DNA of 64,000 nucleotides from an uncultured Erysipelotrichaceae bacterium (GTDB lineage Bacteria > Bacillota_I > Bacilli_A > RFN20 > CAG-826). Shown here in pieces: positions 17,565 to 27,414 of the stretch. The stretch spans positions 24,354 to 88,353 of the forward strand of contig CADCNT010000003.1 in the NCBI GenBank assembly GCA_902802905.1, written 5' to 3'. Positions within the stretch are counted from its first letter, which is position 1; each line of letters starts with the position of its first letter. The position numbers and the translations under genes are program-made. Below the pieces are notes generated by a model. That model was given only the letters and a program-made list of their open reading frames with translations, had not been told where the DNA came from and ran no database searches.

Positions 17565-19538
17565 ATGAAAGAAATCGAAAAATTATCAGTCGCAACGATT
17601 AGAAGTTTGTGTATTGATATGATTAACAAGGCTAATTCTGGTCACCCAGGCATGGCTTTAGGTAGCGCCCCTATTATGTACGCATTGTTCGCAAATCATT
17701 TAGTGTCAGACCCAAAAGATCCTGAATGGATGAATAGAGACCGCTTTGTTTTATCTGCAGGACACGCCTCTAGCTTGCTTTATGCCATGCTTCATTTATG
17801 TGGTTACGAAGTAAGTTTGGATGATTTAAAACAATTTAGACAAATTAACTCCTTAACTCCTGGCCATCCAGAATATCACTGGACAAAAGGTGTTGATGCA
17901 ACCAGTGGTCCCTTAGGACAAGGTATTGCTCAAGCCGTTGGTATGGCGATTGCGGAAGCATCAATTGCCGCTAACTATACCGAAGGTAAGAAGATTATGA
18001 ACCATTACACATACGTATTATGCGGTGATGGCTGCTTACAAGAAGGCTTGTCTCAAGAAGCAATCTCCTTTGCCGGACACCAAAAATTAAATAAATTAAT
18101 TTTATTCTACGACGCTAACCAAGTTACACTTGACGGCGCCCTCGATCTTTCTTTCTCCGAAAGTGTAAAAAATAGATTCTTAGCCAGTGAATGGAATGTC
18201 TTAGAAGTGGAAGATGGCAATGATGTTGATGCAATCAACAAGGCTATCGTCGAAGCTAAGAAATCTAAAGACAAACCAACCATGATTCTTGTTCATACAG
18301 TTATTGGTTATGGTAGTGCTAAGCAAGGAACATGCAAAGTTCATGGTTCACCTTTAGGTGTTGAAGATGGAAAGCACGCCAAAGTCGATGTCTATGGTTT
18401 TGACCACGAAGATTTCTACATTCCAGAAGAAGTTAAAGGTCATTTCGAAGAAACATTCATGGCTCGTGGACAAAAAGCTCACGAACAATATAAGAAAGAT
18501 TTCGAAGAATATCGTGCAGCCCACAAAGCTGAAGCTGATAGATTCGAATCTTTAGCAAATTTAGATGTATCTAAATACTTGCCAGAAGAAATGCCAGAAT
18601 TCACTGCTGGAAGTTCTACAAGTACACGTGTTGCCAGCGGAAAAGCGCTCAACGATTACATGCTTAGCATTCCAATGTTAGTTGGTGGTTCAGCAGACGT
18701 TGCTGGTAGTGTTATGACCAAATTAAATGGTGGAGTGGATTTCACTCCAGAACACCGCGAAGGTCACAACGTGAACTGGGGTATTAGAGAATTCGCAATG
18801 GGATGTATGCAAAATGGTATGCTCCTCCATGGTGGCATCAGAAGTTATGTCGGCTGCTTTGCAGTTTTCTCAGATTACATGAAACCTGCTATTAGAATGG
18901 CGGCCTTATCTCACCTTCCAGGCATTTATCTCTTCTCACACGACAGCATCGCTGTTGGTGAAGATGGGCCAACTCACCAGCCAATTGAACAATTAGCTAT
19001 GCTAAGATCAATTCCTAACATGAGAGTTTTACGTCCAGCCGATGAAAGAGAAACCTATGCTTGTTGGAGAGAAGCCTTAAGAAGTACAAAAACACCTACA
19101 GCCTTGATATTATCAAGACAAAATTTGCCTTTACTCGAAGGTAGTTCTGCTGAAGGCGTAAAACGTGGTGCTTATATCGTTTCTAAAGAAAAGAAGAAAG
19201 CCGACTTAGTGCTTATCGCTACTGGTAGTGAAGTTGCTTTAGCAATTGAAGCTCAACAAAAGCTTATTGAGAAGCACATTGATGTTCGTGTTGTTTCTAT
19301 GCCATCTTGGGAAATCTTTGCCGAGCAAGCAAAAGATTATAGACGCGAAGTTCTCCTCTTGCCAAGTGAAAGAAGAGTGTCTGTAGAAATGCTTTCAACC
19401 TTTGGTTGGGGTAAATGGGCGAAGTATCACATGGGCATAGATGAGTTCGGCGCTAGCGCTCCTGCAAAAGATGTGATTAGCAAATTCAACTTTACCAGCG
19501 ATCGTTTAGTGGAACTCTGCGAATCCATATTTAAGTAA
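17565..19538 (+). CDS. tkt: Transketolase
   Basis: GHPG, the GDGCLQEG ThDP motif and HDSIAVGEDGPTHQP. Confidence 0.96.
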   Translation: MKEIEKLSVATIRSLCIDMINKANSGHPGMALGSAPIMYALFANHLVSDPKDPEWMNRDRFVLSAGHASSLLYAMLHLCGYEVSLDDLKQFRQINSLTPGHPEYHWTKGVDATSGPLGQGIAQAVGMAIAEASIAANYTEGKKIMNHYTYVLCGDGCLQEGLSQEAISFAGHQKLNKLILFYDANQVTLDGALDLSFSESVKNRFLASEWNVLEVEDGNDVDAINKAIVEAKKSKDKPTMILVHTVIGYGSAKQGTCKVHGSPLGVEDGKHAKVDVYGFDHEDFYIPEEVKGHFEETFMARGQKAHEQYKKDFEEYRAAHKAEADRFESLANLDVSKYLPEEMPEFTAGSSTSTRVASGKALNDYMLSIPMLVGGSADVAGSVMTKLNGGVDFTPEHREGHNVNWGIREFAMGCMQNGMLLHGGIRSYVGCFAVFSDYMKPAIRMAALSHLPGIYLFSHDSIAVGEDGPTHQPIEQLAMLRSIPNMRVLRPADERETYACWREALRSTKTPTALILSRQNLPLLEGSSAEGVKRGAYIVSKEKKKADLVLIATGSEVALAIEAQQKLIEKHIDVRVVSMPSWEIFAEQAKDYRREVLLLPSERRVSVEMLSTFGWGKWAKYHMGIDEFGASAPAKDVISKFNFTSDRLVELCESIFK

Positions 19539-19559
19539 TATCACCCAAATAAATAAGAA

Positions 19560-19589
19560 GTAATGGTTAATTCCATTGCTTTTTATTTT
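19560..19589 (+). terminator. Rho-independent terminator of tkt
   Basis: GTAATGG-TTAATT-CCATTGC followed by TTTTTATTTT. Confidence 0.6.
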
Positions 19590-19615
19590 GACTTGTTGAT
19601 ACGCTCATATATAAT
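19588..19615 (+). promoter_or_regulatory. Sigma-A type promoter of the nusB-xseAB-dxs cluster
   Basis: TTGACT (19588-19593), 16-nt spacer, TATAAT (19610-19615). Confidence 0.6.
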
Positions 19616-19636
19616 ATATGTGGGCTTTGAAAAACT

Positions 19637-20056
19637 ATGGAAATCACAAGAAATCAACAACATTACATTATCATGACTGCTATCTATAACGAGCTCACAG
19701 ATTTTACTTTTGGCGAGCAAAAAATGACTCGTGACGCTACCGATATTATTGCTAGCCTTTGTGAATGTGACATCAAAGATGTTGACCCATATGTGATTGA
19801 TAGTGTGATGGTCTCTTTGCAAAAATATGGCGAAGCGAGAACTGCTTTCACCCCATATTTAAAAAACTGGAAGTGGGAAAGACTCCCATTATTAACACAA
19901 GCCATTTTGTTAATGAGTTATACTCATTATTACTATATTGAAAAAGTAGAACGTGCTGTTGTTATCAATATTGCGGTAGAACTCGCCAAGAAATACATTG
20001 ACGACAAGCAAGCAAAGTTTGTTAACGCCGTGCTTGATGCTGGGGTGCTTAAATAG
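19637..20056 (+). CDS. nusB: Transcription antitermination factor NusB-like
   Basis: 139-aa helical protein directly upstream of xseA-xseB-dxs, matching Bacillus nusB-(folD)-xseA-xseB-(ispA)-dxs. The C-terminal KFVNAVLD motif is NusB-like. Confidence 0.65.
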   Translation: MEITRNQQHYIIMTAIYNELTDFTFGEQKMTRDATDIIASLCECDIKDVDPYVIDSVMVSLQKYGEARTAFTPYLKNWKWERLPLLTQAILLMSYTHYYYIEKVERAVVINIAVELAKKYIDDKQAKFVNAVLDAGVLK

Positions 20057-21199
20057 ATGTACGAATCAGCGCCTATCTTACTAGTAAGTGACATAAACAC
20101 TTACATCAAAAGCGTATTGACCACAGATGAAAGATTGAAATTCGTCCGAGTGAAAGGTGAGATTAGTAATTTCAAAGCCTATCCAAGTGGACATTTTTAT
20201 TTTTCACTTAAAGATCAAAATTCCGTGATTAGCGCCGTGATGTTTGCTAATTACGCAAAGCGTATTGCCTTTTCTCCTAAAAATGGAGATGAAGTAATCG
20301 TGTTAGCTAGTGTCGATGCATACGTTCCTCGTGGTAGTTATAATCTCAACGTCTTCGAAATGGAAGAAGTGGGATTAGGACAACAATTAGTGGAGCTTGA
20401 AAAGCTCAAAAAGCAATTGGCTAGCGAAGGTTTATTTGATGAATCAAGAAAAAGACCAATTAACATCTATCCAAAAGCAATAGGGGTTATCACCGCACCA
20501 AATGGGGCAGCAGTTAGAGATATCGTCACTAACATCAAAAGAAGATATCCAATCGCAGACATTTATGTCTTTCCATCATTAGTGCAAGGTGAACAAGCTC
20601 CTGAGAGACTATTAAAAGCATTTAATAAGTCACAGGAATATGACTTAGATACTTTGATTATTGGCCGTGGTGGTGGCGCTAGCGAAGACTTAAGTGCCTT
20701 CAATGACGAAACATTAGTCAGAGCGGTTGCTAAAAGCAAAATGCCAATTATTGCCGCAGTAGGACACGAAATAGACACGACTTTAATCGACTATATTGCT
20801 GATAAACGTGCTTCTACACCAACTGGTGCGGCTGAACTCGCTACTGTGGATCGAAGAGAAATAGAGCATTTCTTCTCACAATCAACGCTACTTATGGAAC
20901 AAGCACTTTATGAATATGTTGATGAACAAAAAGAGGATATTGCTTCTTTAAAAGAAGAACTCGATGAATCATTAAAAGATTTATTGGATTATCAAAAGCA
21001 AGAAGTGGAAAAATATTCTAAACAACTAGAGATTCTTAATCCAAAAGCAGTCTTATCTAGAGGGTATTCAATTTCTCTAGATGAAAATGGTAAACCAATT
21101 AGGTCGATAAAAGACATAAAAGAGCGTCAACAAATCAAAACTATATTAGAAAATGGTGAATTCACAAGTGAAGTGATTAAAATAGAAGGAGAGAAATAA
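20057..21199 (+). CDS. xseA: Exodeoxyribonuclease VII large subunit
   Basis: N-terminal OB fold (VRVKGEISNFK...SGHFYFSLKD), GRGGGA motif and a coiled-coil tail. Confidence 0.92.
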   Translation: MYESAPILLVSDINTYIKSVLTTDERLKFVRVKGEISNFKAYPSGHFYFSLKDQNSVISAVMFANYAKRIAFSPKNGDEVIVLASVDAYVPRGSYNLNVFEMEEVGLGQQLVELEKLKKQLASEGLFDESRKRPINIYPKAIGVITAPNGAAVRDIVTNIKRRYPIADIYVFPSLVQGEQAPERLLKAFNKSQEYDLDTLIIGRGGGASEDLSAFNDETLVRAVAKSKMPIIAAVGHEIDTTLIDYIADKRASTPTGAAELATVDRREIEHFFSQSTLLMEQALYEYVDEQKEDIASLKEELDESLKDLLDYQKQEVEKYSKQLEILNPKAVLSRGYSISLDENGKPIRSIKDIKERQQIKTILENGEFTSEVIKIEGEK

Positions 21200-21201
21200 C
21201 G

Positions 21202-21396
21202 ATGGAAAAAGAAATCAATTTTGAAAAAGAATTAGAGCGATTAAAAGAAATCGTTTCTTTAATCCAGCAAAAGAATCTCTCTTTAGATGAAAGTTTGAAG
21301 CTTTACGAAGAAGGTTCAAAAATCGTTAAAGTCCTCAACGAAGAATTAGAAAAGGCAGAAAAGAAAGTCGAGAAAGTTATCGATATCGATAAATAA
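21202..21396 (+). CDS. xseB: Exodeoxyribonuclease VII small subunit
   Basis: 64-aa helical protein (FEKELERLKEIV..LSLDESL.LYEEG) immediately after xseA. Confidence 0.9.
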   Translation: MEKEINFEKELERLKEIVSLIQQKNLSLDESLKLYEEGSKIVKVLNEELEKAEKKVEKVIDIDK

Positions 21397-21397
21397 T

Positions 21398-23251
21398 ATG
21401 GCCAAAAAAGAAATCAAGCACTTTGACATTGAGAAAATTGAAAACCCCGAGTTTTTAAAAGGCTTGTCCTATAAAGAACTCGATGTTTTAAGTGACGACA
21501 TTCGTGATTACATTATCGAAATGGTCTCAAGAAACGGTGGGCATTTATCCGCTAACTTAGGCACCATCGACTTCACAATCTCCTTATGTCGTAATTTTGA
21601 TTTTACTAAAGACAAGATTGTCTTCGATGTCGGACACCAATGCTATACATACAAGATTTTAACCGGAAGAAAACTTGACACTTTAAGAAAGAAAGATGGC
21701 ATTAGTGGCTTCCAAAAGATGGACGAATCTCCATATGACCATTTTGAAGCCGGGCATTCATCAACTTCCATTAGTGCGGTTTCTGGAATGGCAATCGCTA
21801 GAGACCTCAAAGGCGAAAAATATGACGTTATTGCCTTTATTGGTGATTCCGCAATCCAAAATGGTTTAGCTTTTGAAGCTTTAAATAACGCAGCCCAAGC
21901 AAATCATAAAGTGATTATCATTTTAAACGATAACGGTATGTCCATCTCCCAACCTGTTGGCGGAATGAGCAAATTATTTAGAAGATTATCCGGTTCCGCA
22001 TTCTACTTAAAAAGTAAAAATGTCTTCCGCCGCATCTTCTGGGTCACTAGATTTGGTAGATGGATATGGGTCAAATTCACTAAGATTAAAAACTGGTTTA
22101 AACGCAAAGTTATTAACTTAACAATTTTTGATAGATTGGGCTTTGACTATATTGGCCCAATAGACGGGCATTACATCCGCCACTTAGATAAAGCCTTAAA
22201 AAGAGCGAAAAAGTCTCCAAAATCGGTTGTTTTGCACATTAAAACCATTAAGGGCAAAGGCTATAGCTATGCTGAAGAAGATGTTGAAGGCGAATGGCAC
22301 GGCGTTGGCAAGTTTAACAAAGAGACTGGTGAGATTGCTATTAAAGACGCAGTGGTCTCTTGGAGTGAGCAGTATAAAGTTCTTTTAAGAAACGAAATGG
22401 AACTCAATCCAAATATCGTTACCATTGTTCCTGCAACTGGGCATGGATCTGACTTAGATTCAATGTTTAAAACATTCCCGACAAGGATGATTGATGTTGG
22501 TATTGCCGAAGAACACGCCTTCACTTTAGCTGGTGGTCTTGCTGCGAGCGGCATCCATCCTGTAGTGTCAATTTATTCCACCTTCTTGCAAAGAAGTTAT
22601 GACGAATTATTCCATGATGTTGCCAGAATGAATTTTGATATGACTATTCTTATTGATAGAGCTGGACTTGTGGGAAGTGATGGAGATACCCATCAAGGTG
22701 TTTATGATGAAGCCTTCTTATACACAATCCCTAATGTCACCATTGCAATGGCGTCAAAAAGCAATGAAGCGCTTTCGTTGATGAAAGAATCTTTGTGCCA
22801 CCATGGTGTATTCGCGATTAGATATCCACGTGAATCGTTCCAAAACAAAGTTGATGAAGTCAAAAAGATTCCTTATGGCACTTGGAAAGTAGAAATTGAA
22901 AGCTCATCAAAAGATACCGCTATCGTTTCTGTTGGTCCAATCACTGTGGGATTAAAAGAAAAACTCTTAGAGTTAAATAAAAACGTGACTTTATATAATG
23001 CGGTCTATGTAAAACCATACGACACCGCTAAGGTCAAAGAGTTACTTAAATTCAAGAAAGTCATCATCTATAACGCTTATGCCACCAAAGAAGGTTTCGC
23101 TAATGCTTTAGTTGCTGATTTAATGGAGCAATCATATGCTGGCGAAGTTATTGTTAAGACTGTTCCAACCATCTTTGTTAAGCAAGCCTCAATTGATGAA
23201 CAAAGGGAAGAATTTGGACTAAGAATCGATGATATCATCGATTTGTTATAA
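21398..23251 (+). CDS. dxs: 1-deoxy-D-xylulose-5-phosphate synthase
   Basis: GGHLSANLG and the GDSAIQNG ThDP motif; transketolase-like domains; 617 aa. Confidence 0.93.
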   Translation: MAKKEIKHFDIEKIENPEFLKGLSYKELDVLSDDIRDYIIEMVSRNGGHLSANLGTIDFTISLCRNFDFTKDKIVFDVGHQCYTYKILTGRKLDTLRKKDGISGFQKMDESPYDHFEAGHSSTSISAVSGMAIARDLKGEKYDVIAFIGDSAIQNGLAFEALNNAAQANHKVIIILNDNGMSISQPVGGMSKLFRRLSGSAFYLKSKNVFRRIFWVTRFGRWIWVKFTKIKNWFKRKVINLTIFDRLGFDYIGPIDGHYIRHLDKALKRAKKSPKSVVLHIKTIKGKGYSYAEEDVEGEWHGVGKFNKETGEIAIKDAVVSWSEQYKVLLRNEMELNPNIVTIVPATGHGSDLDSMFKTFPTRMIDVGIAEEHAFTLAGGLAASGIHPVVSIYSTFLQRSYDELFHDVARMNFDMTILIDRAGLVGSDGDTHQGVYDEAFLYTIPNVTIAMASKSNEALSLMKESLCHHGVFAIRYPRESFQNKVDEVKKIPYGTWKVEIESSSKDTAIVSVGPITVGLKEKLLELNKNVTLYNAVYVKPYDTAKVKELLKFKKVIIYNAYATKEGFANALVADLMEQSYAGEVIVKTVPTIFVKQASIDEQREEFGLRIDDIIDLL

Positions 23252-23269
23252 AATATTTCGATAAATAAG

Positions 23270-23298
23270 TTAACATAATCTATTCGCGCGTTTATAAT
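23270..23298 (+). promoter_or_regulatory. Sigma-A type promoter placing the TSS on the dinB ATG (leaderless mRNA predicted)
   Basis: TTAACA (23270-23275), 17-nt spacer, TATAAT (23293-23298). Only 6 nt separate the -10 from ATG 23305, and there is no SD. Confidence 0.5.
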
Positions 23299-23304
23299 TA
23301 AAAC

Positions 23305-24486
23305 ATGGCAAAAGTTATTGTTCATATTGACTTAAACGCGTTTTTTGTTAGAGCGGAAGAAATTCGTAATCCGGATTTAGAAAACAAAGCTGTCGCTATC
23401 GGGCATTTAGGTAGAGGCGGTATTGTTTCCACTTGCTCTTATGAAGCACGTAAATTTGGGGTGAGAAGTGGAATGCCAATGAATAAAGCGGTGAAGCTAT
23501 GCCCACATTTACTCATTGTTCCACCTGATTATCGTTTTTATATCACCTTGTCACATGAATTCAAAAAATACATCCGCCATATTACTCCGAAAGTAGAATC
23601 CGCTTCCATCGATGAGCTTTTCGCTGACTTTACTGATGTGGTCAAAGGTAAAAGAAATGTTGAGACTTATTTTAGAGAAATCCAGGCTGGATTATATAAA
23701 AAGACCAAACTTAAATGTTCAATTGGTGTTGGGCCTACTAAGTTTTTAGCTAAGATGGCAAGTGATTATCGTAAGCCAATGGGTTTAACCATTATCAGAA
23801 GAAAAGATATTGAAGAGATTTTATATCCTTTACCAATCGAGGATATGTTTGGTGTTGGCAAGAAAAGCGCTCCGAGATTAAGACATATTGGTATTAACAC
23901 AATTGGTGATTTAGCTAAGAAATTAAATGATAATGACCCTACAACCCTTTCCTTGTTAGGAAAAGGAGCAGAAGAGCTCCATAAATGGCTTAAGGGTTAT
24001 GGCTCTGATGAGATTATCACTGAGTATGACGATCCAAAATCAATCGGTAACTCAACTACTTTGGTAAAGGACACATCAGAATATGAGTACATTAAGCAAA
24101 CATTTGAGATTCTTGCTGAAGAAGTATCAATGCGCGCTAAAAAGGAATCGATGATTGGTAGCACTATTCAAATCATGGTAAAAGACACTAATTATCAAGC
24201 ACATAATAAGTCAGTGGCGATTAATCCACCCACAAATAACGCCAAAGATATTTTTACTACTGCCATAAAACTATATGAGAAGAACTATCTCGATATGACC
24301 ATTAGAGCGGTGGGAGTGACTTTACAAAACTTAATTAACATCAAAGATGTTGCTGTGCAAATGACTTTCTTTGATTACGAGATGCACGAAGAAGAAAACA
24401 AAACCAAACTCATCATTAACGAAATCAATCGTAAAATCAAAGGAGCGCCGCTAAAAAGAGCGAGTGAAATCAAAAAGAAATGCTAA
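23305..24486 (+). CDS. dinB: DNA polymerase IV (Y-family)
   Basis: HIDLNAFFVRAEE and SIDELF catalytic motifs; little-finger domain. Confidence 0.92.
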   Translation: MAKVIVHIDLNAFFVRAEEIRNPDLENKAVAIGHLGRGGIVSTCSYEARKFGVRSGMPMNKAVKLCPHLLIVPPDYRFYITLSHEFKKYIRHITPKVESASIDELFADFTDVVKGKRNVETYFREIQAGLYKKTKLKCSIGVGPTKFLAKMASDYRKPMGLTIIRRKDIEEILYPLPIEDMFGVGKKSAPRLRHIGINTIGDLAKKLNDNDPTTLSLLGKGAEELHKWLKGYGSDEIITEYDDPKSIGNSTTLVKDTSEYEYIKQTFEILAEEVSMRAKKESMIGSTIQIMVKDTNYQAHNKSVAINPPTNNAKDIFTTAIKLYEKNYLDMTIRAVGVTLQNLINIKDVAVQMTFFDYEMHEEENKTKLIINEINRKIKGAPLKRASEIKKKC

Positions 24487-25361
24487 TTAATGACGCCGTG
24501 GAATTATTTGCACAATATTTGCTAGTAGAAAAAGGTCTGTCCAAGAAAACGGTGGAAGCCTATCTAGCAGATCTCAAGCAGTTTTTCGCTTACTATAAAG
24601 ACAAGCAAGAAGTTAGTGATTTAAGTCCATATGATTTACAGTCCTTTGTGATTTATGGCTCTAGCATTGGAGTAACACCTGCAACCACATTAAGAAGAGC
24701 GTCTTCTATTAAACAGTTTTATCTCTTTCTAAAGAAAGATGGATATTATGAGGACGAGATTCCTGATATTGAAAGTATTAAAAAACCAAAGCATTTACCA
24801 ACATGTATTTCTGTTGAAGAAGTTGAGGCATTATTGAACGCTCCAAACATGAAATCGTTAAGTGGAATTAGAGATCGCGCTATGCTGGAACTCATGTATG
24901 CAAGCGGACTCCGTGTTAGTGAACTATTAGCGTTAGAACTTGGTAACATCAATCTTAAAAGAGGAATTGTTACTGTATTTGGTAAAGGGGCCAAGGAAAG
25001 AAAAGTACCGATTGGAGACTACGCTTTAGAATATGTAATCAAATATCTAAATGAAGTTAGAGATAAATTCAATGGAAGAAACTCTAAATATCTTTTCTTA
25101 AATAGAAAAGGAAAGCCAATTAGTCGTATATATTTCTTTAAACAAATTAAGAAGTATGCAAAAGAAGTGGGAATTATGGAAGAGATTTCCCCACACACTC
25201 TTAGACACTGCTTTGCTACCCACTTATTAGAAGGTGGAGCGCAGCTAAGAACTGTGCAAGGAATGCTTGGTCACAGCAACATTGCAACTACACAAATCTA
25301 CACTCATGTATCTAGAGAAAGAATTGCCAGTGCATATGATTTGTTAATGAATAAAAAATAG
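24480..25361 (+). CDS. xerD: Tyrosine recombinase XerD/XerC type
   Basis: HTLRHCFATHLL...GHSNIATTQIYTHV catalytic R-H-R-Y motifs. Position upstream of deoB matches Bacillus ripX-drm. Confidence 0.88.
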   Translation: MLINDAVELFAQYLLVEKGLSKKTVEAYLADLKQFFAYYKDKQEVSDLSPYDLQSFVIYGSSIGVTPATTLRRASSIKQFYLFLKKDGYYEDEIPDIESIKKPKHLPTCISVEEVEALLNAPNMKSLSGIRDRAMLELMYASGLRVSELLALELGNINLKRGIVTVFGKGAKERKVPIGDYALEYVIKYLNEVRDKFNGRNSKYLFLNRKGKPISRIYFFKQIKKYAKEVGIMEEISPHTLRHCFATHLLEGGAQLRTVQGMLGHSNIATTQIYTHVSRERIASAYDLLMNKK

Positions 25362-25388
25362 TATATTATTTTTATCGAGGTAAAAAAT

Positions 25389-26606
25389 ATGTCATATCCA
25401 TACAAAAGAATCTTTGTTGTGGTGGCCGATTCAGCAGGAATTGGTTATGAACCAGACGCAGATAAATTTTTCAATGCCGGACATACTGACTGGGGTAGTA
25501 ATACCTTTGTCCATATCGCCGAGAAAATGCCTAATGGATTAAATATTCCAAACATGGAAGCTATTGGTATTGCTGATTTAGCGGATATCCGTGGCACTAA
25601 AAAAGTGAGTCACCCACATTCATTCGTTGCTCGCGCTAGAGAAGTTAGTAATGGCAAAGACACCATGACTGGTCACTGGGAAATGATGGGTATAAATACC
25701 CAAGTTCCATTTAAAACCTTTACTGATACCGGATTCCCAAAAGAATTAATGGATGAATTAGAAAAAAGAACTGGTCATAAATTAATCGGTAACTGTGCTG
25801 CTAGTGGTACCGAAATTATCAAAGAATTAGGTGAAGAACAAATTAGAGATAACTCCTTAATTATTTATACATCTAGCGACTCTGTTTTACAGATTGCCGC
25901 TAGCGAAGAAGTCACAGGCTTACAAGAATTATATCGTTGCTGCGAAATCGCTAGAGAAATATGTATGAAGCCAGAATGGATGGTGGGAAGAGTTATCGCT
26001 CGCCCGTACGTTGGTAAAACTCCTGAAACATTCAAAAGAACATCCAATAGACACGATTTGGCTTTAAAGCCAACTCATCCAACTGCGATGAATGTTTTAC
26101 AAGATAACGGCTTTATGACAAGCTGCGTTGGTAAGATTGGTGATATCTTTGATGGATATGGCGTCGAAAAAACCCAAAAGACCGTTTCTAATGAAGACGG
26201 GATGGATAAAACCATTGATGAATTATTGCATCACGATTTCACTGGTATGTGCTTTGTTAACTTAGTGGAATTCGATAGTGAATACGGCCATAGAAGAGAT
26301 CCAATTGGATATGGTGAGGCTCTTGAAAGATTTGACAAGAGAGTTGGCGAATTCATGTCTAAAATGAGAGATGATGATTTATTAATCATCACCGCCGACC
26401 ACGGTAACGATCCAACCTGGCCAGGAACCGATCACACTAGAGAAAAGATTCCTCTACTTATGTACTCACCAAGTATTAAAAACGGTAGATATTTAGAAGA
26501 AAGAGAATGCTTCGGTGATATCGGCGCAACAGTACTTGAAAACTTCAACTTAAAGTTGCCAAATAATCTAGTTGGCAAACCAATGGTGGAAGTCTTAAAG
26601 AAATAA
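25389..26606 (+). CDS. deoB: Phosphopentomutase
   Basis: VVADSAGIG and TADHGNDPT metal-site motifs; ~405 aa. Confidence 0.93.
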   Translation: MSYPYKRIFVVVADSAGIGYEPDADKFFNAGHTDWGSNTFVHIAEKMPNGLNIPNMEAIGIADLADIRGTKKVSHPHSFVARAREVSNGKDTMTGHWEMMGINTQVPFKTFTDTGFPKELMDELEKRTGHKLIGNCAASGTEIIKELGEEQIRDNSLIIYTSSDSVLQIAASEEVTGLQELYRCCEIAREICMKPEWMVGRVIARPYVGKTPETFKRTSNRHDLALKPTHPTAMNVLQDNGFMTSCVGKIGDIFDGYGVEKTQKTVSNEDGMDKTIDELLHHDFTGMCFVNLVEFDSEYGHRRDPIGYGEALERFDKRVGEFMSKMRDDDLLIITADHGNDPTWPGTDHTREKIPLLMYSPSIKNGRYLEERECFGDIGATVLENFNLKLPNNLVGKPMVEVLKK

Positions 26607-26611
26607 CAAAC

Positions 26612-26647
26612 AAAAAAAGAAGCTTGGGCTAATTGCTCAAGCTTTTT
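26612..26647. terminator. Bidirectional terminator between convergent deoB and the ABC permease gene
   Basis: A-run, then AAGCTTGGGC-TAATT-GCTCAAGCTT, then a T-run. It overlaps the last codons of the permease gene. Confidence 0.7.
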
Positions 26648-27414
26648 AAATCGATGTGAAATGCTTTCTTTATTATCCAAATAATTAAAGAAACAATAAG
26701 CATTACCAAGATGGCGATAAAAGCATAAGCAAAAGTGGAGATTAATCCATTGGTCTGATTAGAGAAAGCAACGCTTATTGCTCTACCTAAGCCGTATGAT
26801 TCACTACTGGAAGTTAGTGCTTCCGCCATAATCTCTATCTTAAATGATAGAGCAAAGCTAGTAGTGAGGCCAACAGCGATATAAGGCATGCTTAATGGCA
26901 ATTTAACTTTGAAGTTGTTTCTGAATGCATTAGGGCTGTCTACACGCATTGCCATAATTACATATTTATCGATGTTTTGATAACCGCTTACTGTGGCTTC
27001 ATAGACCATTGGGAAAACGATAATCATCACAATATATAAAGAAGCGTTCTTAAAACCAACAAGCACTAAAAGAAGGAACACAAGCGCAGCAGTAGGTACG
27101 CTTCTTAAGGCAATCATTGTTGGATTAAAGACATATTTCATCTTCGTGAAATTACCAACAAGCATTCCTAAAGCAATTCCTAGAATTGAAGCTACGGAAA
27201 AGCCTATTAACATACGATATAAAGAACCCCATATACACTTGTATAAGTATGGCTTTCCGAAGTAGGAGAAGGCCTCTTTTATAACGCTGATTGGATCTGG
27301 AAAAATATAAATACTGCTACCCGCTAATATAAATATTAGATACCATAGCAAAAAGAAGAAAATGATTCCTAAAATAGTTAGCGTATAACGATTAATAATA
27401 TACTTCTTCATCAA
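26629..27414 (-). CDS. ABC transporter permease (NitT/TauT/SsuC-like family)
   Basis: About six TM helices. The LRSVPTAALVFLLLVLVG segment resembles the conserved TauC/SsuC-type loop. It overlaps the upstream binding-protein gene by 23 nt. Confidence 0.8.
   Translation of the reverse strand: MMKKYIINRYTLTILGIIFFFLLWYLIFILAGSSIYIFPDPISVIKEAFSYFGKPYLYKCIWGSLYRMLIGFSVASILGIALGMLVGNFTKMKYVFNPTMIALRSVPTAALVFLLLVLVGFKNASLYIVMIIVFPMVYEATVSGYQNIDKYVIMAMRVDSPNAFRNNFKVKLPLSMPYIAVGLTTSFALSFKIEIMAEALTSSSESYGLGRAISVAFSNQTNGLISTFAYAFIAILVMLIVSLIIWIIKKAFHIDLKSLSN

Noticed and set aside
24480-25361. The tyrosine recombinase considered as a marker of an integrated mobile element.
   Set aside because: It sits in the conserved xerD(ripX)-deoB(drm) chromosomal context between dinB and deoB. 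There are no flanking direct repeats, tRNA target or phage/ICE genes, so it is a housekeeping Xer recombinase.
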